The position numbers were made by a program, and so were the translations under genes. From Macrostomum lignano (lineage: Eukaryota), in the NCBI GenBank assembly GCA_002269645.1, contig NIVC01002760.1, positions 1 through 64,000 of the forward strand: 64,000 bases of DNA, read 5' to 3'. This document shows positions 19,985 to 32,900 of this stretch, in pieces. The notes beneath the pieces are model-generated. The model had not been told where the DNA came from. It made no database searches and saw only the letters and a program-made list of their open reading frames with translations. The first letter of the stretch is position 1, and every line of letters begins with the position of its first letter.

Positions 19985-21279
19985 CGCCAAGAAGCAGCTG
20001 GACCCCAGCTTTACCGACTGGGACTTCATCCTGCAGGACAACAAGAAGCAGCTCATCGGCCGTGGCGGATTCGGTGAGGTGTACAAGGCCCTCACAGACC
20101 GCAATCAGACGGTGGCCGTCAAGGTGCTGCCCCTGAGCGGCACCGGCCAATCGAGGAAGCTGCAGAAAGCCGTCGAGATGGAGAAGCGGGGAGTTGAGAT
20201 CATCAAGCGACTCTCGCATTCCAACATTCTGCAGTTCCTCAAGTGCGAGCAGAAGTCGGATGGGCTGTACATCTTCACCGAGCTGGTCTCGGGTCACAGC
20301 CTCTTTGAGCTGATGCAGCGTCAGAACAAGCCGTTCAAGGAGTCCGGGGTCAGGGACTTCTCCAGACAGGTGCGTCTCTGAGTTCTCTGGCATTGCCTGG
20401 CATGAGTGGGGTGTGGGATCAGTGTGGGATCAGTGTGGGGTCAGTGTGGGATCAGTGTAGGATCAGTGTGGGATCAGTGTGGGATCGGTATGGGATCAAT
20501 GTGGATCAGTGTGAGATCAATGTGGGATCAGTATGGGGTCAGTGTGGGATCAGTGTGGGATCAGTGCGGGATCAGTGTGGGATCAGTGTGGGATCAGTGT
20601 GGGGTCAGTGTGGGATCAGTGTAGGATCAGTGTGGGATCAGTGTGGGATAAGTGTGGGATTAGGGTGGGATCAGTATGAGATAAGTGTGGGATCAGTGAG
20701 GGATCAGTGTGGGATCAGTGTGAGATCAGTGTGGGTGGGATTAAAAATGAATTCATGCACTCTCATGACTGCTCAAAACTGCTCCACCTGCAGATCTGCT
20801 CAAGCCTGAACTTCCTGCACTGCCAGCCAGAGGGCGCCATCTTGCACCGCGACATCAAGAGCTCTAATATTATGCTCACCAACGAGGGCGTCATCAAGCT
20901 GATCGACTTCGGCCTCGCCAAGGAGATCGTCGGCACCTGCGGCCTGAGCACAGGCGTCGATCCCAAAGGCACCCCCTACTTCATGGCGCCCGAGCTGTTC
21001 ATGGGCGAGGGCGATTCGATTCCGTATTCAGCCAAGACCGACGTGTGGGCCTTCGGCTGCACCGTGTATGAGCTGACGGCCATGCAGCCTCCTGACGCGA
21101 ACGTTCAGCACTTCCGGATCGCCGTGCTGAGGTGCGGAGGGCGGGCGATGCCTCGGATTGCGGACGGGTTCTCAGCTGGCCTGAAGGACTTCTACCTCAG
21201 GTGCGTAGACTATGACCCGAGGAAGCGAGCGGACACCGCGGAGCTGCTGCGGCACAGCTTCCTGAGTGCCTCATCGTGA
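19985..21279 (+). CDS. STE/MAP3K-like Ser/Thr kinase, paralog 2 (exons 19985-20369 and 20794-21279; upstream exons likely)
   Basis: [47 protein letters not shown]. The intron is at the same Q|IC position as in paralog 1 and contains an 11-bp GTGTGGGATCA array. Confidence 0.9.
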
Positions 21280-21354
21280 CTGCGAGAGCGATGGGCTGTG
21301 AGGGAGCGGAGCGGCTCTTGGAGCGGGCGGTTTTGATTGCTGACGTTGTCTGCT

Positions 21355-21600
21355 TTTGTTTATCCGATTGACCTTTTTGTTTATCCGATTGACCTTTTTG
21401 TTTATCCGATTGACCTTTTTGTTTATCCGATTGACCTTTTTGTTTATCCGATTCCCCGTTTTGTTTATTCGATTGCCCTTTTTGTTTATCCGATTGACCT
21501 TTTTGTTTATTCGATTGCCCTTTTTGTTTATCTGATTGACCTTTTTGTTTATCCGATTGACCTTTTTGTTTATCCGATTGCCCTTTATGTTTATCCGGCT
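21355..21600. repeat. 21-bp minisatellite
   Basis: TTGTTTATCCGATTGACCTTT repeats. Confidence 0.93.
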
Positions 21601-22097
21601 GCTTTGTTTGTTCGAACTGCTCATTCTGCTCATTCAGATTTTGAATGTTTAATTATCGTTTTGTCTATCGATCACCCTGCTGCTTCCCGATGCCCGGATC
21701 AATTATCCAATCACGGTTTTGTTTATTCGGCTGCGATTCGGAATTCAAATTTTATTTATTTGACTGCCGGGTTTGTTTTACCGGTTGCTCCTTTCAATTA
21801 ATGAGACATTTTTGAGCTGACTCGAGTGCCCTTTCAGTTCCAAGCTGATCAATGTTGATTTTGAAACTCTGGCACAAAGCCAATCACAATTTCCCCAATC
21901 TGCTCAGACTGCTCAATACCTACTCCAGATTTTGTGTTGCCGAGAATTTTTCACATTTTTCAGCCACCGGTTTGGCGCTTTTTCCGGCACTGATTTTTGT
22001 TTTTGATTTTTGGACTGACTTTTTATTAGCAACTGTTGGAGCAGGAAGTCCAGCGCTTACTCAAGACTTCTCAGTTAAATATACAGCCACCGCTTGG

Positions 22098-22328
22098 CTT
22101 GCCGTGACCCGCTGTGTCCTGACTTGCCGTGACCCGCTGTGTCCTGACTTGCCGTGACCCGCTGTATCCTCACTTGCCGTGACCCGCTGTGTCCTGACTT
22201 ACCGTGACCCGCTGTGTCCTGACTTGCCGTGACCCGCTGTGTCCTGACTTGCCGTGACCCGCTGTGTCCTGACTTGCCGTGACCCGCTGTGTCCTGACTT
22301 GCCGTGACCCGCTGTGTCCTGACTTGCC
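22098..22328. repeat. 25-bp minisatellite
   Basis: CTTGCCGTGACCCGCTGTGTCCTGA repeats. Confidence 0.93.
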
Positions 22329-23263
22329 AAGTCAGGGCCTTGGATGGGATGTCTCGGCGATTCTAGTCGTCTGGGCCGACAAGTTATCGATTGCAGTCGG
22401 TTTGGTCCTGAGCTGAACTTCGGGCTCCATTCTGGTGCTTAAGTTGACATCTCCTTTCTCATCAACTCGATTTTTATTTCACAGTACGAGTATACTCATC
22501 AAAATCGAAAGGTCGCCATCACAGAAGATTCCGTCTGTGCATGGTCGCCACTTTGGAGAGTGCAGGGTAAAGTCTCTCAATCTTGCGAGTGACGCAACGT
22601 AGCTACGCCACGGTCAGCAGACTTGTGTTGAGGAATGAAGTTGGGGGAGAGGTGTGCGAGGGTTGGACGGCCGGATTAAAGATTGGCGACTTCTCAATGT
22701 TGCTGAGTACGAGTATATGTCATCACAGCGCCATTTGCCCTACCTTGCATATATATCACCAATAGTAAACTATCATCACACACTACTGTTCAGAGTAGTT
22801 AAACCAGCCAAGTTAATGTTTTACAGTGACTGTAAAATCAACATGTTTTACGTAGTGCCGTTATCTTGCAAAGCAGTGCCCGCTATTCAACAAGTAGCAA
22901 TAAAGTTAGCTTAAACATTACGATGGCTTCAATTTTTTTGATAAGCCCTCCTGCAAGGCTGGTTCGTAGGTTTCCGAGTTAAATAGTGGCAACGTTTTTA
23001 TTATTTAAAAATGTATAAATTTCTTCTCGTGAAATTTCTGCCGACATTGTGAGTTATTGATAGGATAAATGGGGCTCTGGGAGGACGTCAGGTCAAAGCA
23101 ATGGACGAACAAGCGAAAAATTTACAATTTAAAAATTGCTAAACAAGAGTTATTCAAACATCCGGGAGGTACCAAGGAGGCAAATAGTTATATTGTTTTG
23201 ATATTGTTTCTGGGTTTGCAAAAGTAATAATGAAGCAATTCACTCATGGATTACTAAAGTAGA

Positions 23264-23913
23264 AGGACGCAACACTTGAAATCTATGGAGAATGTTTTGA
23301 AGGCCAATTTTCGCCGACAAATACACTACGGAGATAGGAAGTTTTCATTTTTCAGCACAAAAATTGTTTTTGCTTTCGATATGAGGCAGATCCAATGTTC
23401 ATCTTTGGATATTTTGTGCCTTTCTTATAGCTCTATCGATAATCATAAAGCTTTTCGTTCAGAAAATTAGAATTATATGTTAAGTTTTAATTCTACGTAC
23501 ACTTCCTGTACCTAAAAATCATTAAAGTGGATGGCACAGCTCGAATCTTTGATTTTATGAATCTATTACATCATCTCCGTTACACATTTTGCTACACAGT
23601 CGGCTAAGAATGACAATAGACTCATAAAACCAATGAGCTGAGCTGTGCCATTTTAATGGTTTTAGGCACAAAAATATACAATTTTACGTAGAAAAAAAAT
23701 TATGAAAATTTATGAATACCAATAGCGCTATAAGAAAGGCACAGCACATCAAAAAGATGAACATTAGGTCTGCCTCCTATCGATAAAGAAAGTAATAACA
23801 ATTTGTGTGCTGCAAAAAAATAAAAACTTCCTATCCCCAGTGTATTTTTCTGCTAAAAGTGGCCTTCAAAACATTTCCCATAGATTTCGGGTCACAATCG
23901 GGTGTCGCGTCCT
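23264..23913. mobile_element. Non-autonomous foldback/MITE-like element with long TIRs, copy 1
   Basis: The ends AGGACGC...GAAATCTATGG..AATGTTTTGAAGGCCA and TGGCCTTCAAAACATT..CATAGATTTC...GCGTCCT are inverted over more than 200 bp. A homologous copy lies at 43564-44214. No ORF. Confidence 0.8.
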
Positions 23914-24174
23914 GTATATACGTTGCTTTAGTTGTCCTTGCAATTAACCATGCTAACAAAGGTGAAAAAAAGTTATTCAAAGCAAAGATAATTAAGTGTC
24001 GATTCTTGCACAGGAAGCTGAGGCACTCTGCGCCACACGGCAGTTTTGATCAGTGTGTACCTTTGCAGCTGCTTTGAACCTTCAAAAATAGCTGCGGCCT
24101 TCGTACCTGAAATTCATCAAGTGCTCAATGATTTTTGTGCAGAAGAACTGGACTCATCAATTTTCAATGTTAAC

Positions 24175-24666
24175 TCACCGCCGTAGCAGCTCAGCCAGTT
24201 CGCTCTTTCCCTTCTCAACAGCCAGCTCAAGTGCGGTTTTGCCGTCTCTGTCTTTCAGACTCCAGTCCGAACCCGCGTCCAGCAGAACCCGACCGACCGA
24301 GGCAGCGGTGGCAGCTGGAGCGTACTTCGCCGCCAGCATGAGCGGCGTGTAAGACGAATGATCCCTGGCATTCGTCAGGGCCCCGGCGTCCAGCAGAGCG
24401 GAGGCTGCGACCGAGTTGCCACTGCGGGCAGCGTAGTGCAGGCTGTTGTCAGCTCCGACGTAAGCGCAGGTGGGGTCAGCCAGCTGCAGCAGCTGCTTCC
24501 ACAGTTCCTCATCGTTGCACTTGCTATTGCCAGCTGCCCACATCGCGGCGGTCCGACCCCATTTGTCAGGCAGGTCGCAGTTGTCGCGTGTCGCCATCCG
24601 CTGCAGTCGCCTGAAGTCGCCCGCTTCGGCAAAGCGCTGCAGCTCCTCTCGAACGGATAACTCCTG
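24175..24666 (-). CDS. Ankyrin-repeat protein exon
   Basis: GRTAAMWAA, NSLHYAARSGN, YTPLMLAAKY, GKTALELAV. The acceptor CCCCCAATTGCAG|GAG follows an (AGT)n tract. Confidence 0.8.
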   Translation of the reverse strand, partial: QELSVREELQRFAEAGDFRRLQRMATRDNCDLPDKWGRTAAMWAAGNSKCNDEELWKQLLQLADPTCAYVGADNSLHYAARSGNSVAASALLDAGALTNARDHSSYTPLMLAAKYAPAATAASVGRVLLDAGSDWSLKDRDGKTALELAVEKGKSELAELLRR

Positions 24667-24682
24667 CAATTGGGGGAGACAA

Positions 24683-24709
24683 CTACTACTACTACCACTA
24701 CTACTACTG

Positions 24710-24797
<88 letters not shown>

Positions 24798-24830
24798 TAC
24801 TACTACTACTACTACTACTGCTACTACTAC
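24683..24830. repeat. (ACT)n microsatellite
   Basis: About 49 ACT units with rare variants. Confidence 0.95.
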
Positions 24831-25022
24831 CGTGAGCTTGTACTATGGCTAATTACCTTAGGTGTCAGGCCCGAAATTAGACCACCGATAGTAACCACCA
24901 AGCGCATTTCCCTAAAAATCAAAACAAGGTTTAGACGCTATATGTTAAATAATGTAGGCTTCTACGTTTCTGTATGATTCTGTAGGATCTGTAGGATAAA
25001 AGTCAATCATTTTTCAACGTTT

Positions 25023-25679
25023 TTATTGACTACCATTCATTTCACAGCTCTCAACCCACCTCTCAATGTACCCAGCCAGCTCTTCATGCCCATTGCGCGT
25101 CGCAATGTCTACAGCTGTCAGAACGTTGAGGTCCTTCAGGCCAAGCAGGCGTTTCCGTTCGTTCTTCGGCTTCTCGGGTCCTTTGCCGCCGCCGTTCTGC
25201 TTAGGCAAGTCCGAACTCCCAGCTTCCTTCTTGTCGGTCTCTGTCCACTCAATGTGACTCCACTGCCGCAGCAGATGCAGCAGGTGCTTGGCGCAGCTCC
25301 AGCTTCCGGTTTGAGCCGCCTCCATCAGCGGGGTCAGGCCTTGGCTGTTCTGCAGCCACTTAGCATTGAAGGGCATCAGCGCCAGAAGCCGCACGTTGTC
25401 CTGTCGGGCTGCCAAATGCGCAGCCGTGTTGCCCGACTCGTCAATCGCTTTGGTATCGGCGCCAAGTTTAATTAAGTACAAAATGCACTTTTCAGCCTGA
25501 GCTGGAATTCTTGGCGAGTCGGCTGCTAGCATGAGAACGGTACGGTTGGCTTGGTCGGTTGTCGTCACAAGCTGACGAGTTTCCAGCCGCTGCACCTGGT
25601 CAAAGTCACCTTGAATGACCAGCTGTGCGACAGTCTGGAGCCGAGCAGTGGTTGCAGGTACATGCATTACCAATTGCAT
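25023..25679 (-). CDS. Ankyrin-repeat protein exon (may belong to the same gene as 24175-24666)
   Basis: NRTVLMLAA, GNTAAHLAAR, GLTPLMEAAQ, LTAVDIATRNGH. An upstream acceptor TCAG|ATG and a donor CAG|GTAAGA near 25716 are present. Confidence 0.75.
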   Translation of the reverse strand: MQLVMHVPATTARLQTVAQLVIQGDFDQVQRLETRQLVTTTDQANRTVLMLAADSPRIPAQAEKCILYLIKLGADTKAIDESGNTAAHLAARQDNVRLLALMPFNAKWLQNSQGLTPLMEAAQTGSWSCAKHLLHLLRQWSHIEWTETDKKEAGSSDLPKQNGGGKGPEKPKNERKRLLGLKDLNVLTAVDIATRNGHEELAGYIERWVESCEMNGSQ

Positions 25680-26639
25680 CTGACATCTGACTCGCTTACA
25701 GAATAATAAATCTTACCTGAACATCAGTTGTCATGCTTTATGATTTATGATGCTTCTCAGTTTGTATCAATCCTACGAATGCTCCAAATAACTCTCTAGA
25801 ACTGCGCCAATTTGGTTCTCCTGTCTTGACAAAACAGCAATTTTAGCACACATATAGCTAGTACGTAGCCTGTCTTGCAAAGGTTTATGAAGTCGTCATT
25901 TTACAGGGCCTTCCAATACCCTTCTTGTCTCTGCCTGTCTCTCTGTCTCACCCTCCTGTCTGTGTGAGGCCGTGCGGTGTGCCTGTCTGGAGGCTAAAAC
26001 TGTGTTTTCGTAAATAGATTCGTTGCCGCACAAGTGCTTGCTCTGTGTGCAGATAAGATTATTATTGTACGATGCAAATGAATCTTTAACCGAAAGAAGT
26101 CGGCAGTATGTGTAAATGACAGACCCCGCGGCTTTTCTATTCATTACTACTTGGCTACACAGAGATCCATATTAACTTTCTACGCACTTTCATGCAAAGC
26201 AGTCCTACTAGAATGCATGATTATTTGGACGCGTTGTAAAATTAGAAAACTCATGGGAAGTATATATCAGAATTAACATCTACACTACAGAGGGGGTAAA
26301 CAAGCCGATATTCGTGTGCATCTGTCGCCAAAATTTGTTTTGCTGGAACTATATGAGTTTACTTTAGTAATTTAATTTGGAATCATATGGCCGCCAAAAC
26401 TTGCGGGCAGGCAACTAAATTATCTTTGGGTAGAGCTGTAATTCGACAGAATTTACTTCAAAAACAGCCTGAAAAATTTTCTTACCCCTAAACTTGGACC
26501 TGCCGAGCATTCTAATCTCCATCATGCACCTCAATGCAAAATCTGCCTAAAAAGCGTCATTTGAGTGCTTTTCGGCCGACCAACAATGAGTCTTGCTACC
26601 GGTGCCCCCACAGCGGTGCACCGACAGAGCCGAGGCCAG

Positions 26640-27230
26640 TGGGTCTGGACTCTGGATGAAGCTGTGAGGCTGAGTAGGTCTGGATGAAGCTGTGAGGCTG
26701 AGTAGGTCTGGATGAAGCTGTGAGGCTGAGTGGGTCTGGATGAGGATGTGAGGCTGAGTAGGTCTGGATGAAGCTGTGAGGCTGAGTGGGTCTGGATGAG
26801 GATGTGAGGCTGAGTGGGTCTAGATGAAGCTGTGAGGCTGAGTGGGTCTGGATGAGGATGTGAGGCTGAGTGGGTCTAGATGAAGCTGTGAGGCTGAGTG
26901 GGTCTGGATGAGGATGTGAGGCTGAGTGGGTCTGGATGAGGATGTGAGGCTGAGTGGGTCTTGATGAAGCTGCGAGGCTGAGTGGGTCTGGATGAGGATG
27001 TGAGGCTGAGTGGGTCTAGATGAAGCTGTGAGGCTGAGTGGGTCTGGATGAGGATGTGAGGCTGAGTGGGTCTAGATGAAGCTGTGAGGCTGAGTGGGTC
27101 TGGATGAGGATGTGAGGCTGAGTGGGTCTGGATGAGGATGTGAGGCTGAGTGGGTCTTGATGAAGCTGCGAGGCTGAGTGGGTCTGGATGAAGCTGTGAG
27201 ACTGAGTGAGTCTGAATGAAGCTGCGAGGC
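26640..27230. repeat. 28-bp minisatellite
   Basis: GGTCTGGATGA(A/G)G(C/A)TGTGAGGCTGAGT(A/G) array. Confidence 0.93.
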
Positions 27231-29817
27231 TTCACGAGAAACGTTTCTAAGGTCTGAGCCATTGATTTTTTGCTTATTCTGTTAGGATAGTTACTTTTAT
27301 AATTAATAATATGTATATTCAAAATAACCACAGCATTAATATAATTTAGAATTGCAAATTTAACTTGAATCTTTTTATTCTGATCAATAATGATCACTGC
27401 AATCAGTTCAGCATAAAGTTCATTATCGCACTCTTCTTAAAATAAAAGTCCAGGACTTTGTTAAAGCTCGTCTCGAGCTGTCTGGCAGGCACTGGCTATT
27501 TCCTCAGTTCGAATTCTTCCAATAGGTACATTTTTTCTTTCGATTCAAAGTACTCGGTTCACTGCAGCCGAATGTTCTGGCGAACACCTTGTTGTTGGAC
27601 ATAGCGCTGTCAAACTTGACTTGGAAGGCGTTGTGCGGCTTGAAGGGCTGGCTAATCTGGTTTGTGATCATGGTACTGTAAAAGAGTTGAGCAATCAGTG
27701 TAAAAAAACACCTGATTGAGTTGATTTTGGTCGGCAGATTCAGCTGTACAAAGTTCATCTGCAGCTTGGCGGGAGTTGCTCAGCTCAATAAATGCTTTGG
27801 TAGCCAGCTCGACGATTTGCAGATCCATAGTGGCGTGCTCAGATGATGGCAGCGCTGACTCAGTACGCTCGTATCTGCAAGCTGCTGATCCGTTGCGTTG
27901 TCACCTACCGAACGGTTGGTTCGAATATTCGCTACATTATTCCTAGCTTTACTGTCCATGCCTACATTGCTATGAGTAGTGGTATTTGAAAAATTGGAAT
28001 CCAGCCTGCTGATGAACCGAAGCCAAACATTATCATTTCTCCTAGCAAGAGCATCAGCAGCAGAAAAAAGGTCTGAGCTGTTCAGCACACATTTGACAAT
28101 TTGTTTCTGCTGCTCTGCAATAGATGATCTGTTTTCACTTATTTGGGTGATTTCTTCCACGACTTGCCAGATCGGTATGCTGAATGCGGTATCCAGACGG
28201 GCAGAGTTAATGAGCCGTAGACTTGCGCTGTTAAATATTGGTGGCGTGCGCAGACCTAGAGGGGTGGAGACAATTTTAGACGAGTAATGAGTGTTTGAAT
28301 ATTGTTGATAAACACTTAAAGGATTCTGCATAAAAAATGAGCAGTACTGTTGAAATTTCTGGCCGTAAAGTATCGGATTCTCAGCTGGGAAGCAAGGCTC
28401 ATCAGATACAGAGCGCCAAAGTTGTTTTCCTCGTCAGCTTCAACTCTTTCGGCGTAGGTTTGAACAAGAGGTGCGTAGATATTCTTTAAAGCTGGAAGAA
28501 ATTCAGCCGAGCTTCTTTGATCCGTAAGTTCGAAAAATTCGCTAGTGTACCTCAGCTGTCTAAGTTGATCAATATCGCTATCAGCCCACCAATTCTGAGA
28601 CTCAAAACTCTGGATAGCAATTTTTTTGACACGTTCAAACACAGTCTCTGCATTGGCTGCATCAGTTGAGTTATAGCATGCCGCATTGTACATGGTGGAT
28701 ACCACTGGTTGGAGCAGTGATTTTGTAGTGTCAAGACAAGACAAGATTATTAGTCTCCCTTAACAAGCTCGGAATCATTTTTGAGAGTTCGAAAAGCCAG
28801 TCAAACAAAATTATCTGAGTGCTTGCTTTATCCAGTATTGAATTAAAGTTCCCATCAAGTGGCATACTATCGGATGTTAAATTAATGAATGCACCTAAAT
28901 AGGCAAACTGATCAGGGTACGCAAGTAACAAACGGCTGCCGTCGAAATTCGATTCCACTTCTTCAAGAAATTTAGTCCATGAAAATGAAACTTGAGTACC
29001 AGCTGAAACACAATAAGTAAAGTTTTCAAGCTGCTTTAGATCCAGGGCCTTGAAGCCTCGTGTAGCTCTCTGCAAGCAAAGCTGCAAGGAATCCAACTTT
29101 GATAGCTCATCCAGAGAGGCCAGCTTTTGCACAATATTCGTCTCCTTCATCTCAATAGAATTCGTTACGTTCCATTTCCTTAGGAATTTCAGAAATTTAT
29201 TTATCTCCAACGACTTGTTGACTTGGCTGCGAAATGAAGCATTTGGCGTGATTGAACCTTTGGGTCTCGGATCGGGATCCGCTGTCTCGTACAGGTGCGT
29301 GCGTGACGCCATTAATAAAAGGAAATATTGGCGAACTGGCGTAAAAATACTCTAAACCTGGCTTCAAACAGATGGAAGCAGGCTCCATAAAATAGGACGT
29401 TGGCACACCGGTCATGGCAAGACTCGCTAGCAGAGACTCGAGCTTAAGAACTCCGCCTCGAAGCCTGAACTCGGTCTCCAGATTGTTGAGCAGCTGGCTG
29501 AAAAGGCGGATCTGAGAAACGCGCCGAGCCTCGTCTCTGCGTCAGAGCCGTTCTGCCAACTAAGGCAGTCGCCGTACAGTCTACTAGCGATTCTGGTCAG
29601 ATTAGAGACCATATCGTCCTGCTGCTGTGCAAGAACAGGTCTTTGTGGGGCAGATTTCCGGCGGCGAATTGGTACATGGACTCGCACGGATTGGCTGACT
29701 GATTCATCCAGCTCGTAGTTGCCGGTTCGTATTGTTCCATATTGCAGACCGTTTTAGTAGCTGCACTTTGCTGTTCCTCCGAGGCTAGAGGAACGGAGTT
29801 TACCGGTTGAGTCGACT

Positions 29818-29864
<47 letters not shown>

Positions 29865-29865
<1 letters not shown>

Positions 29866-29954
29866 GGGACAAGAAGGCACCCTCCGAGCGAACACCATGG
29901 GGTCCCCGGACGCCCCCGGTCCGCGCAACAGGACCGAGGCGACTAATGGCCTTC
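29865..29954 (+). ncRNA. HDV-like self-cleaving ribozyme at the LINE 5' end
   Basis: Nested double pseudoknot in the correct order: P1 GGGGAC/GUCCCC, P2 GAAGGC/GCCUUC, P3 CCC/GGG, P1.1 CC/GG (L3 starts UCC), P4 CGCC..CGGUCC/GGACCG.GGCG, J4/2 CUAAU. G1 coincides with the element boundary. P1 is 6 bp and L3 is atypically long (16 nt). Confidence 0.75.
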
Positions 29955-32900
29955 ACAATCAGCGATGCTCCATATGGAGCGAGAGAGCCAATACTGCGTG
30001 CATGGAGACCGAACCTCAGCAACAACAACAACAAGGGCAACAGATCTCGACCGACGCCCCCCATGCTGAGAGCCTACCTACTGAACAAGTCCTGCGACTG
30101 CGAGGCGGTTGCGACCATCCTGACCGCCGACCCAAGCACGGCCGCCGGAGGAATACCGCGGAGTCGGGCCCAGAGCTCATCCTACAGTTCAACTGTAACG
30201 GCGTCAAGAGCCGTCATACTGAGCTGGCTAAATGGCTCCACGTCAATCGTCCGGCTGCGGTCCTACTGCAGGAAACGAAGCTTGCCAGAGACACAGATTA
30301 CATCCCTCCTACCGGATACTACGTCGCCGCGCGCTGCGACGGTCTTCCTAAAGAGGCCGCCGGCACCCGGGCCACCGAGAACAAGGAAGGGGGGGCACCT
30401 CTCCAGCCCACCCAACCCAGTGGCCCCGAAGCTAACCCTAACGAAGGGGCCAGCGCGGACAACTGCCCCACGCCATGGGCAAACTGCGGCCGCAAGATTA
30501 AGCGCCCACGTTGCCGCATCCGTTGGCCGGCTGACAAGAATGATAAGGCGGAGTGGTGCCGCGGCTGCCGCTCAGGCAGAACCGCCTGCACCCGCAGAGA
30601 CGAGCCGTGGCCACAACCACCGCAACCGCAGCCACAGGCCCAGACCCAGAGTGCGCAACACAATCGTGAGCCGACCGACAACCAACAGGAGCAGGCACGG
30701 AGGACCGCCGCCTCGAAGCCGCCAATAACTCGGCCCAAGAACAGGACGAACAAAGCGACCCACACCAGAGGAGGCACCCTGATCCTAGTGCGCGCCGACA
30801 TTGCGTCCGACACTACGCCATCGCCGCCGGACAACGAACGCCAACTGCTAGACTGCGCCACCGCCACCATCCACCTCAAAGGCCAGGAGCCGATCACGCT
30901 GGTTTCCCTCTACGCACCACCGACCAGCAACCAACGGGGGGAAACCTGGCAACCCCCGCTTCATCTGGTCCCGAACGCCACTGGCCCCACCGTCGTCGCC
31001 GGCGACTTCAACGCCCACGGCAGTTGGGACCGGCACCAAGACGAAGATGAGCGCGGCAAAATAGTGGAAGCCTGGGCGACCTCCCGCAACCTGAGACTTG
31101 CAAACGGCGACTACCATACGCGAACTAACCCAGCAACAGGAGGCAAATCTACTCCGGACCTTACCTGGACCAGCAACAACCTCCTGCAAGGCATCGCGGA
31201 GGGCTGGACGACCCTCGACGATCTGGGGTCCGACCATCTGCCCATCTCCTTCCCGGTCCAGAGACACCCCAGAGCGCCACGGAAGGGCAAGAACCTGCCA
31301 CGGGCCACGTGGTGCTTCCGCAAAGCGGACTGGGGGAGCTTTAAGGACGAACTCACTAAGATCGACGGCCAAAGGGCTGACTACCCAACTCACGGCGTCC
31401 AACTCGCACATCTTCACGCCATCATCTGTAACGACATTCTAACGGCCGCTGCCCATAACATACCCAAAGGGGCCAGAACTGCTGCGAAACCATTCTGGAC
31501 TGACGCCTGCGCCCAAGCCACCCGGGAGTGCAAAGAAGCCCGGCACGTCGCCGAGCTGTCCCCGAGCGACGACAACCTGGCTAGGTTCAAAGCGGCCCGT
31601 AACAACTCCAGAAAGGTGATCCGCCAGGAGAAACGCCGCGCCTGGAGCGAGAAGGCAGCTGAGCTCACCATCAACAGCGACCTTTTCCGCACTCTGCGCC
31701 AGATGCGTGGCGATGGCCCCAAACCAAATAGCGGCGCCTCCCTCCAGAGAAAGAAGACGGGGCAGCAAGAACCATCTCGGCCGGCCCGCACCAACCTGGA
31801 GAAGGCCAACCTGTTCTGTCAGCAATACGCCGCTGTCTCTAGAGTTAAAGGAGGCCCCCAAGACGCCCACACCAATCAAGCCGCGAGAGCAGCCCTCAAC
31901 TCCAGCTGCACGTGCAATGGCTCACGCACCGACATGTGCTCCGCCTTCAGCCTGACCGAATACCGCAGCGCTGTGCGCTCGCTCAAATCCGGGAAGGCAC
32001 CAGGCCCGGACGGAGTTACCAACGACATGCTTAAAAGACTCCCACCGACCACGGACCTGAGGCTCCTGGACCTCATCAACCGGTCTTGGAAGGAAGGAGA
32101 CTGCCCGATGCAATGGAAGAAATCGGTCATCATACCTATCCCCAAGAAAGGGAAAGACCCTAGTAACCCGGAGTCCTACCGCCCAGTGGCACTCACCAGC
32201 AGCATCGCCAAACTGGCCGAACGGATGGTGCTCCAACGCCTGCGCTTTGCCCTCGAGAATTCTGGCCGCCTCAGCAGTACCCAGGCCGGCTTCCGCCGCG
32301 GCCGCTCTACTGAGGAACTCATCGCGAGCACCTGCCAGGACATCTTTGACGGTCTGGAGGCGGTCCCACACCTGCGGTCAGTGCTGTGCCTTCTCGACTT
32401 TAGTCGTGCTTACGACCGGGTCTGGAGGGCTGGGCTGATCGCCAAGCTGAAAAAGCTCGGCATCCCTAACGACGTGCTCCGCTGGATCCGGAGCTTCCTT
32501 GCCGACCGACGTGCCCGCGTACGAGTCGGCAACTGCCTGAGCAATGAAAGAATCTTCAAGGAAGGCCTCCCCCAGGGCAGCGTGCTGGCTCCCCTGCTCT
32601 GGGTCGTCTACATCAACGACCTGGACACGGAGATTAAAGAGGCCCATACGGACTGCAAACTGAAGCTCTACGCAGACGACAGCGCCCTCCTGGCCACCGA
32701 CCGGAGTCTCGACGCCTGCGCTGCGAAGCTCCAACCTGCCCTGGACGCTGTGCACAAATGGTGTCAGACGTGGAAAGTGGAGCTGAGCGCTGCGAAATGC
32801 GTCTACGGAACTTTCACCCTGGACCCCAAGGAAACCAACGGAAAGAAGAAGGTCAGCCTCACCATCGGTGGCCAACCGCTGGCCCATGACCCAGCGCCAC

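Noticed and set aside
30100-30180. A 2A ribosome-skipping peptide before the LINE endonuclease
   Set aside because: The sequence is NTAESGP and lacks the DxExNPGP consensus.
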